A DNA stretch of 64,000 bases from Antedon mediterranea (Eukaryota; Animalia; Echinodermata): positions 5,371,888-5,435,887 of the forward strand of contig NC_092676.1 of the NCBI RefSeq assembly GCF_964355755.1, written 5' to 3'. The notes beneath the pieces were generated by a model. The model saw only the letters and a program-made list of their open reading frames with translations. It did not search any database and was not told the origin of the DNA. Shown piece by piece: positions 1 to 11,300 of this stretch. Positions within the stretch are counted from its first letter, which is position 1. Every line of letters starts with the position of its first letter. The translations under genes and the position numbers were made by a program.

Positions 1-1284
1 ACTGTATGATCTATCGATGGGATCATATCTTTGCATGTGATATCTTAATACACTAATCTAACACCCGATTCTCTGTACTGTATCTCCACATAATGCCATT
101 AAATGCCCAGTATCATATGCAAATTCTTTAATACAGTGTCATATACTGTATATTACATGGTACTGTGGCACCTGTACAATGTTAAGTTATGTTAGGTGTA
201 TGGCCTTAATACAGGCATCCCACGTGACACATATGTGAAACTGTATTACAGAATTTATGACACTGGACATATAGATACAGTACCGCGAATTGGCTAACCA
301 CACATTAATTATCTTTAAAACTTATTACGAATATATGCAGTGCAGAAATCGGTGATTGGCTACGACTAAAAATGCACATATACATCACTCTTGCGCGTTT
401 TGTAGGATTGAATATGTACAATTGTATATTATTAGCGTTCCTACCAGCATTGCAGGTGGTTAGTCTATAATATTTAAATTTTATTACTGTACATAAAGCT
501 GAGAGTATCGAATATCTACCACTATTTATATCATCTTTTAAATAATATAATAGAACAAATACAAAACAAAAAATTATCTACTACAACTGCCACATAATTA
601 AACTTTTTTTTGCCTTTTTGTGCTTATATGCATTTGTTTGTTAAGACAATGCAAGATTTGTAGACATACAGATAATTGACTGACTGCTAATTTGTGATTC
701 TGAAACTACAAACAGAGTTAATACAAAACAATGTTATACTTCCCAATAGAAAACAACCAAAGTGCACTATGATTATGAATCCATTATCAAGACATAAGTG
801 ATGTTTCCATTCATTTGGAAACTTTCAATAGTAGTTATATTTTTTTGTTTAATGCCCTTTGACAAATAATACTCTGCAATTCTGTTCATAGCACTGTTAT
901 ATTCATACTGGAAAAATGCGTTTATTAACTGTTGGACGAGTCTTATAGATCTATCTAGTCGCAAGTAGCGTTTTGCGGTTTAGTTTTCCAGATGCATCAT
1001 CTTTACTAAATCTAACATTTAACAAAACATGCATATTCACAAAATACCATGCAAAAGTATAAACAAAAATTCTCATAGTGTAACTGTCAAATCCAGCTGA
1101 TTTACGGTAGTCTTATAAATATACAATTTAATTTTAATATTTTTTTTAAATCCACCATATACCTTGAAATAGCATGGAAATCTAACCTCTATATGATAGC
1201 ACAATATATTAAAATTTGAAGGACTGACAACTCTTATCTTGATTATTAGTATCTTCGTCACCGAGTCGTTAATTAGATAACTAA

Positions 1285-4200
1285 TTAGTCTTCTTCCTCT
1301 TCTGACTCCTCCTCTTCGGCAGTTGCTAGCCATGTCAACCACTGATTCACCTATTAAAAAAATTAATAAATTATGTTGGAAAAATATAATATAATATATC
1401 TGCCAATTTTTTCAGTTGCCAATGCGAGAGACAATAAATAAAAAATGTATATATCACCCTCTATGATTTAATAACTCAAAGTAATCGTGAAAAACTGTCG
1501 TCCCTATCGAATAGTTACAGTAGGCAAGTTTCTGTACTATTTATTTAAGCATAAAAAAAAAAAATGTTTTTGTTTCAAATTCAGTAATAGCATGTAGGTT
1601 TGTGTTATTAAAAATAGGCAAGTTGATTCAAGATATTTTTATGGTATGCGAGGTCTAAAAACTTGTGTATCCTATTAGACTTGCGCATAATGCACAAGAG
1701 TTGCCAGATATAGTATACTGTACATGATGATAGTACACAAAAATATAGAGTGTGTTTATCAGCTGAAATATAAACTGTTCCGTCATATAAACATATCTGG
1801 ATAGAGGACAATTATAACCAGGGTACGGTATTTACACCCAGAACATATACATACACCCTGAAAGAGAGGGGTTAAATTTGAGTAGATGTCTGAGTGGTAG
1901 TTATAAATTGTTAAAATGAAAATGGTGCCCTGACCAAGATTCGAACCCCACTCTTTATTATTACCTGGAACAGAGCTTCTCCTTTGCCATTAAACTCATC
2001 TGTGACATCTTCCTTCCAGTTAAGAAAAGCCTCTTCGTCAATTACCTCCATGTCGTAAAGATTCACAAAGAACCGCAGCAGCATACCTAGACAAAACACC
2101 AATAGCTCTCTATCAAACTTTATGTGATGATGTCATATCACTACCATATTCATATTCAGGCATATCACTACCATATTTGGGCACATCACACTTTTTTTGT
2201 CAAACTAGTTTGATAGTGTAGACAGAGCTTAAGTATTTAACATGCACAGTAGTTGTTAGCGAGAGGTTAGCCAATTTTAGCCTAAAGTTCTTCTTCTTTT
2301 AAAGCTTGTGAACCCAGCCTAAAAATGTTCCACTTAGCTTAAAACTTTTCCTCTTAGATTAACGTCAATGTAACTTTAAAATAAATTTAAATCGTTATAA
2401 GAAACAAAAGCCAACCTTTTGGAAAGTTTTCTTGGAAGCAGAGCGTCTGCAGGGCATACAGCGCCACCATCTGCAGATTCACATTCTCGTGAACAAATCG
2501 TTGCAGTAACGGTTTAAACTTGTCCAGTAATACTTTCTCTTTTTCTTGTACAACTTTTTCGGGGACAACGCTTAAATCAACACTTTCTTGCAGACTGCTT
2601 TCCTGTGTAACATACTTCAATATCCTATGGGAAAAACCATTATAGAATAAAAAATAAAATAGTGTTCAAATGTAGTTTAAAACCTTCCCAGAACAATTCC
2701 ATGTGCATGGATGCATGCAGGAGAATCAAATTAACATTGCCGCCGTACATTTTGTACAAAACCATTTGAATTCAGATGAATTTTATTTTTATTTTTCACA
2801 GGATATAAGTTTAAAAGTCATTGTATTTTCCAGAGAAATAATAAAAAAAATTAGTTGAATTTGAATTCAAATTTTCAGTCCGATACTAGTATTACTAATA
2901 CAAAGTTTATTTTGCAAACAATTTGATGGTGAACTTCCATTAGTTTGTAAGCATTTTAAACCTTTTCCTTAAAAGTCACTTATATTTTTTGTCTCCTTCA
3001 TCTACTTAATTTTCAAACGACCATTCAAGTTTGTACATTGCAGAACTTACCCTGTAGTTAAAGCATTTATAAAGCCCTTTTCCTTATGTAGGCTGGGATC
3101 AACCGAGTCCTTAATCCACTTGTACAGTGTTTGTGGATTAGGATCAGACTTAATCTGCTTCCAGATATCCCCTTGGAGCCGCAACAGCGGGAATAAGAAG
3201 CTAAGATTCTAAAAGAAAAATAAAACAATTGAAATAATGTGTACAGAGATATGAAATTACTATTCATTTTTGTTGAGAGAGGAGGGGTGTGAGGGTGTCA
3301 GAAGAGGAGGGATGTGCAGGTGTCCAGAGGGGAGGGGTGTCAGGAGGGAATGGGGAAGGTAGGTGTCCAGAGGGGAGGGGTGTCTGGAGGGGAGGGTTGT
3401 GTAGGTGTCCAGAGGGGATGAGTGTCTGGAGGGGAGGGTTGTGTAGGTGTCCATAGGGGTGTGTAGGTGTCCAGAGGGGAGGGGTGTCAGGAGGGGTGTG
3501 TAGGTGTCAAGAGGGGAAGGGTGTCAGGAAGAGGCAAGTATGGGGATGGAGTGGTGAAAGGTGTTTGGCGGCCTGTGATAATCTAAACAAATGATCTGTT
3601 TTTTTGTGTACATTCAATATTAATTTTTCCTCATAATTAATGTCTAATTGTATGTTGTCTGTATCAAGCTGAACACATTTTCACTATTTATTACAGTGCT
3701 ATTGGTGGGTAGGAAGTGAGTGACACATCTCTAACCTTCAATGTAATTTCTAAACCTTTTTTTTTTGTACAGAACAAAAAACTAACTTTTCCATCAAGAA
3801 TTTCGATCATCTTCTCCTTGTTCTGGTCGATCTCTGGCAGCATCTTCAACAGGTTAATCTTGCTCTCATTCACCAGCTTCACCAGCCATTCCTTGTCTTT
3901 CAGTTTCTGAAGCCGTTGAAGGCACAACATGATCAGTGGGTAATATGCGCCATTTTCCATTGGGTCGCAGAGCTCCGACAATGCGACAACGTCGTCGATA
4001 ACTGCTCGTGCTGCATACGTGCCAATTGAGGATTTAATGAGCGGATAGTCTACTTCAAGCATGGCTAATTGACTCAATAGCTCAGTAAAACCCTGGAAAA
4101 TATATATTTCAACCTCAATGTATAAAAACAAACTCTTCCAATACCAGACTCTCTGAAAACTGGAAACTCTCCAAAAACCATACATACTGGCCCAGTCCAA

Positions 4201-7200
4201 AGGTGTCTGGTACTGGGAGAGTGCAATACAAATAGGCTAGCAAACCAAGCATTTCAAGTGGAACCTCTATCTACACATACATGTAACTAAAACAGACGAT
4301 TCATGTTAACACATTATGTATCTTTAATAATTATATGCTTGAGTACGTAATTAGAGGTATAAGATTTTTTATTAATAACATGACAGTACATGGAAAATTT
4401 AAATATCTTGAGAATTGATAAAAGCATGGCCAACCGAGAGAGGGTGCTACACAAATTTAACAAAAATACATAAATTATTATTATTACTTTTTTTTTGTCA
4501 TGAACTAAAAATGTTCTGAAGTTTAAAAAAATTTACCTCCATAAAATGTGTAGCATTCACGATATTCTCTTTTTTCAAGGATGCAATGAGCGTGCTCAGC
4601 ATGTCACGCTCTGTGTCTGTTTTCGGTAGGCCATGTTTCATGACGGCGCAAACAACGGCTGGAACAAACTTATTTTGAACCTTCTCCTTCAAGCTTTTTG
4701 TTGCATCTTCTATGCAACCAGTCTGGTCAAGTTCCTGCAGAATTAGTTCCTGAATAATAAACAAAAATGTAAATTATTATGCTTTATAATTGTTTTTAAA
4801 TCGTATTTTTGAGTATCATATTTTTTGTAGGCATTTTCAACACAAGCTTAGCTTTTTGAAAACAGTGCCTCCTTCATTTTGTATATTGTAAGAAATAATA
4901 ATATTAATAACTTGTTTTTATATAGCGCCGATAAACATACATTCTCACATCACTTTACATTATACTGGGTACATCAGAGACAGCAACATTCATTTTAATA
5001 AAAAAAAGCTTCTTTAAATAAATAGATTTTTAGACGGGATTAAAAAATTATTTATGCGCTATACTACATAATCTGTACATAAATCTAAATAATCTGTACA
5101 TAAATCTAAATAATCTCTACATATATCTAAATAATCTCTACATATATCTACACAATCTCTACATATATCTACATAATCACATAATTCTACATAATCTCTT
5201 TGCAAATCTAAAATAATCTCTATAAATCTCTACATAATCTCTATAAATTTGCATCATCTCTATAAATCTACATAATCTCTATAAATCTACACAATCTCTA
5301 TAAATCTACATAATCTCTATTAATCTACATAATCTCTATAAACCTACATAATCTCTACAAAAACATATATAATCTCTACATAAATCTACATATCTCTACA
5401 TAAATCTAAATTAAATCATAAAACAAGAAACGGTAATCTCTAAATAAATCTACATAATCTCTTATAAATCTACATAATCTCTACATATCTACATAATCTC
5501 TACATAAATCTAAATAATCATAGAAACGGTAGGTACCAATGCAGTAAGGACATCTTTCTTGTTGTTCGTACGTTTCTTAACAGGCTTCGGTTTCTCTTGT
5601 ATGGCTACCTGTTTGATAGGTACCATAGATGGGTTCATTTGCATCGGTACCTGTGGCTTCAGCAGGGATTGGGGTGCTTTTGCAAGGGGTGCATTAGTCT
5701 TCTTTGTGCTTGAGGGTAGCATGTTGAGGCTTTGAGGTTTCAGGATTATTGATTGGTTAGGACGAAGGCTTACCTGTGAAAAAAGAAATTTAATAGATTA
5801 GTATACAAATAATTAAGATTATGAGTGCAATGGTACAAATAATTTCATAGAGTTAAAGATCAAGATTTTACTACTCAGAAAAATTGTGTTTTTAGATGTT
5901 CATACAAGGATTTGAACATTGGTATTGGAACCACAATCAGAGTGAAAAAAGTCACCAAAACTTTTATAACATTTTAAAATAATTCAAAATACTTATTTAA
6001 AATTGGAATTCATTTATTTATTTATTATATTTTACTGGAATCTGTGGCATTTTTCTAATTCAGTACACATTTAAAAGCACAAAATACTAAACATAAAGTT
6101 TTTTTGCGATACAAGCTTTTGAAAGAATAGTGACGATATATGCACTTACTTCGTCTCCTCCTTTTGAAAAGCGTGGTGGCATATCTCTGCTTTGCGTATT
6201 TTGACGTGTTTGACCGAAACCAGAGTTTTCTTGCGACTGACGCTGCTGGTATGACTGCGACTGACTCTGGTATTGCTGTTGCCCCTGGTTACCATACGTA
6301 GGGCTCGGGTTCTGGTTCTGTTGCCGTTGACGACCCTGGTTACCATACTGTGAGTAGTTATTACTGTAGCCTATTTGAAAATAAATAAATATAATAATTT
6401 ATATAAATCGTGGTAAATTTAACGCAGATCATGAAAGCGAAAGTGCTCGATACAAAATGTAGAGCCAAATATAAATAAATGATAAATCTGAATCTTCAGA
6501 GCCAAGCACCTGAAGATTGAGTTCATACTCATGAAACAGCCTGTAGTGCAATAAAATGTTCAGTTGGTAATTTACTAGCGTCTTTATCATTTATTTATAA
6601 TAATTTATATATATTAATTAGAAAAGAAAATATTGTAAGTTATATTTTGTACATAAATTTATGAGAAAATTGTATGAGTTATGTTTTGGCCTATGTAGTA
6701 AATAAAGAAAAAATTGGTTAATGTGACGGAGGCAGGATTTGAACCAATCATTTTGGGGAGCAAGGATGTTAACCACCAAAGCTGTTTTTTTCCGGCCTAA
6801 TGGGTGTTCCTAATGCTCGTTATTTTTGTCTTTTGTCTGTTTGTTATTTTAATGTTGAGCATCAAATACATTCATTCAATCAATCAATCATCAAGAGGTT
6901 CCCACTATTGTGTTGGTCAATAGACTCATGGTTTTCATGTATTTACCAAATGTTTAATAAATATAGTATATATATATGTACATTGATGGTGAAGAAATTT
7001 GATTTAATTTAATAAATTAATATTCATACAAATTCAGCATTTTTGTTCAAAACCTACCACCAGATTTGTATTCCGAATCTCGATTAAAATTTCGCTGACG
7101 TGTTTTTGGACTGTAACTTCCGGCTCCGTAAGGGTCAAGGTCAATCACGCCTGGACCGGTTCCGACACTGCTCCCCATTGGTCCCTGTATAAATACGTCA

Positions 7201-8356
7201 TTGAGACCTCCTCTTGGTTGTCCTCGTCCAAGAAATCCGCGATCTCCATTTATGCCACTAAAAAAATCGGTTTGTTTGCTTGGAATATAGATGCCCAAAT
7301 CCTGAAATATAAAATTGATTGAAGGATTTTTTCTAACTTCCAATTGGATAATTGAACATACTATGAAAGCACGAGTGGTTTTAATCGTAGGTCTGCACCT
7401 CAAGCAAAAGTCCAAGTTCAAGTCAAGGATGGAACTATTTCATTAATATAATGTTAGACTTATATAGCGCCAACTACAAACATTTTTAAACGCTTTACAT
7501 CATATTTATACAGCAGTCAACAACTTCTGTAAAGCTCTGTCTACACTATCAAAATTTATGTGACAAAAAAAATGAGGTTTTCATATATATATGGACATGA
7601 TGATGCCATATCACCACTATATTTAAGCATATCACTACCATATTTAGGCACATTACACTTTTTTTGTTTGATAGTGCAAGGGTCCCTTTGTGTCGAGCTA
7701 CCACTAATTCGTCTGTACAAACAAACAAAAAAATAAATACAAATTCTTAAGTCTGTAAATATAAATATATAAACTTACCCGTGCTGCTTCTTGGCGCACT
7801 TGTTCAATTAATTTAGGACCCTGGTCACGCATCACTCGTCTCGGCATCCACTAGAAAATATAACAAATCAATTCCTCAAATCAAGTAAGATTAGTGTTAT
7901 TTAGCAACCAAAGACATGGAAAAAAAATAGTAATAGGAAAAAAAAATTGTATATATCAAGCAGGCGGTCCGAGTTCGAGGCTCGGTTGGGGCGACTTTTT
8001 CTCATTCTCACAGATTTAAATTAATTAATTAAATATCAGTATATCAACGGGCGGTTTAGAATTAATGTTCATTGCCTAATGTGTATATATATATATATAT
8101 AAATCATACTGTAAATTATAGAAACAGTACTCATATTCGGAACATGATCTAGTGGTATGATACTCGCCCTGTAAGCGAGAGGTTGCAGGTTCGAATCCCG
8201 CCAGAGACATTTTTTCATACAACTAAAAAGTACGGAACTTTCGCCAATGAGCTATGCTCGACGCGATTATGAGATCATGTTCCGAATATGAGCACTGTTT
8301 CTATAATTTACAGTATGATTTATATATAATTTACACAGTGCTACGCAACACCATTG

Positions 8357-8392
<36 letters not shown>

Positions 8393-11300
8393 CCAAAGGC
8401 AAATTACTGAAAAAAATGACAATGCTGTGGGTATCAGTGGCTGGATCTCAATGGAGATACAAAAATAAAAAGCGAAAAGCTAAATCAAAACGATAAAGTA
8501 AACAGCCAGAAAAGTTAGCAGAGCTTTCGGGCAACACTAGCCCTTCATCAGTGCAAGTGAAGGAATTTGGATAACGTCATAGTATAAAGCTGGCAAGTGC
8601 TGCCTGGGTGGACAGGAAGAAAAGAAATATAACAAAGGGAGCCAGGGTGGAGTCTGAATAAGAGTGGAAAACAAAGTATATATATAATCCAAAGGCACAT
8701 TACTGAAAAAATGACAATGCTGTGGGTATCAGTGGCTGGATCTCAATGGAGATACAAAATAAAATAAGCACTGAAAAAATGACAATGCTGCGGGTATCAG
8801 TGGCTGGATCTCAATGGAGATACAAAATAAAATAAGCACTGAAAAAATGACAATGCTGTGGGTATCAGTGGCTGGATCTCAATGGAGATACAAAATAAAA
8901 TAAGCACTGAAAAAATGACAATGCTGTGGGTATCAGTGGCTGGATCTCAATGGAGATACAAAATAAAATAAGCACTGAAAAAATGACAATGCTGTGGGTA
9001 TCAGTGGCTGGATCTCAATGGAGATACAAAATAAAATAAGCACTGAAAAAATGACAATGCTGTGGGTATCAGTGACTGGATCTCAATGGAGATACAAAAT
9101 AAAATAAGCACTGAAAAAATGACAATGCTGTGGGTATCAGTGGCTGGATCTCACTGGAGATGCAAAATAAAATAAGCACTGAAAAAAATGACAATGCTGT
9201 GGGTATCAGTGGCTGGATCTCAATGGAGATGCAAAATAAAATAAGCACTGAAAAAATGACAATGCTGTGGGTATCAGTGGCTGGATCTCAATGGAGATAC
9301 AAAATAAAATAAGCACTGAAAAAATGACAATGCTGTGGGTATCAGTGGCTGGATCTCAATGGAGATACAAAATAAAATAAGCACTGAAAAAATGACAATG
9401 CTGTGGGTATCAGTGGCTGGATCTCAATGGAGATACAAAATAAAATAAGCACTGAAAAAATGACAATGCTGTGGGTATCAGTGACTGGATCTCAATGGAG
9501 ATACAAAATAAAATAAGCACTGAAAAAATGACAATGCTGTGGGTATCAGTGGCTGGATCTCACTGGAGATGCAAAATAAAATAAGCACTGAAAAAAATGA
9601 CAATGCTGTGGGTATCAGTGGCTGGATCTCAATGGAGATACAAAATAAAATAAGCACTGAAAAAATGACAATGCTGTGGGTATCAGTGGCTGGATCTCAA
9701 TGGAGATACAAAATAAAATAAGCACTGAAAAAATGACAATGCTGTGGGTATCAGTGGCTGGATCTCACTGGAGATACAAATAAAATAAGCACTGAAAAAA
9801 TGACAATGCTGTGGGTATCAGTGACTGGATCTCAATGGAGATACAAATAAAATAAGCACTGAAAAAATGACAATGCTGTGGGTATCAGTGACTGGATCTC
9901 AATAGAGATACAAAAAAAAAAAAAAGGTAAATCAAAACGATAAACTAAAACAGCCAGGAAAATATATATCAGTATATCACCGGGCGGTTTAGAATTAATG
10001 TTCTTTGCCTGTTGTGTTTATATATATATATATATAAACAAATCAGGCAAAGAACATTAATTCTAAACCGCCCGGTGATATACTGAAATTTAATTAATTA
10101 ATTTGAAACGATAAAGATGAGGAAATCTGTGAGAATGAGAAAAAGTCGCCCCAACCGAGACTCGAACTCGGACCGCCTGCTTGATATGCAGATGTCCTAA
10201 CCATTAGACCACTGGGGCTTTCATGGTATTGTTCGAACTCGATTGGATAGCGACTCTTTAACATTCTCGGCATGGTACGGCGGAACAGCACTAGTCCTCA
10301 GTTGTACGCACGCGCACCAGAGATCAAATTGATACGCCCTCATCTTACAGTATTTTTATTCACGAGGCGGGATCTCCGAAGAGCTAAGTTGTTTGTTGTA
10401 TAAATGAAAATGTATTGCATGTTCTAGGAATAGGCAATTCTTGAGGTGGTGAGGATGCGTTTCCACTTTTATGTCTTTTAAATTTCCAAATCACACTGCT
10501 TATTAGGTTTAGATTTCACATACCACGATTCTAATATAGTCTCATGTTGAACTGGGAATTTTTAAAAAACTATATCGGCCCATCTCAGTAAGTTAAACTT
10601 AATCTCAGTCTGTGCCTTCAGAGCATCTGGCCTGGCCCCAGTAGGTTATTCTATCATAGAGACTTACCTCATTGTTACGTAGCTCCAGACAGTCCTGCAA
10701 CATGAACCTAATTCTTGCCGGCAGTTCATAGTTCACCGACAGCTTATTCATCCTCTCAAAATATTGATCCATCAAGGCCTACAAAAAACATTTTTGTAAG
10801 GAAAGGTTTTGATAAAATGATTTTATGTTTAAGATGAAAATCACACTAAATCTTCCACTAATGTAATGGGGCATAAACTACTGGACTGAATTGCGCACAG
10901 GTGTGGACGAAACATACTTTCTACTCCCCCAAGGGTACCTTCATGTCGAGTGCTGCCACCAAACAGCGCATGCACACTTGGGTAACCCCTAACTCTTTCG
11001 AAAGATGTACTGGGTTCTTTAAAAGTGTACACGAGCCAGATGTGTACACTGGACCTCCAGTTTTAAGTCCTTATTCGAAAAGACTTGTTCTACCACCAGA
11101 ACAATGGTCTAGCAGTTGCTTGAACCTGTGCCGATTATATAGCCATGGTTTGCAGCAGCGCCCCTGCCTTAAATTTTAAGGAACCATTTGTGGGTGTATA
11201 AAGTTGTTTCTTACCTTGGCTTTCTTTGTATCCAGCCTGCGGCCGATAGTCTTCATTATTTGACAGAGGCATTCCAAGTCTTCTGCCCTATCAGCAATTG

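Larger units (their letters stand above)
8389..9960 (-). mobile_element. Non-autonomous Penelope-like/retrozyme element: ~297-bp monomer plus a partial second monomer with an internal 68-bp tandem expansion
   Basis: aatccaaaggc...ttactgaaaaaatgacaatgc occurs at 8389 and again at ~8686. The segment taaatcaaaacgataaa...cagccag occurs at ~8480 and ~9927. (TA)n flanks, hammerhead motif, no ORF. Confidence 0.7.

Noticed and set aside
1270-1290. Stop-codon readthrough or selenocysteine recoding in any of the genes
   Set aside because: Stops are TAA or TAG without the UGA-CUAG context. No in-frame TGA is needed for any model, and MTRF1L has a double stop TAA TAG.
8148-8210. Functional tRNA
   Set aside because: The 5' acceptor strand is missing and the anticodon loop lacks U33. 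The B-box remnants at ~1935, ~6740 and ~16045 are likewise decayed repeats.
9130-9721. [13 protein letters not shown] repeat ORFs (also 47542-47884)
   Set aside because: By-products of the 68/69-bp repeat.
8703-9915. CRISPR-like array (also 49732-51118 and 45830-47218)
   Set aside because: Units are contiguous with no unique spacers, there are no cas genes, and the context is eukaryotic introns and UTRs.
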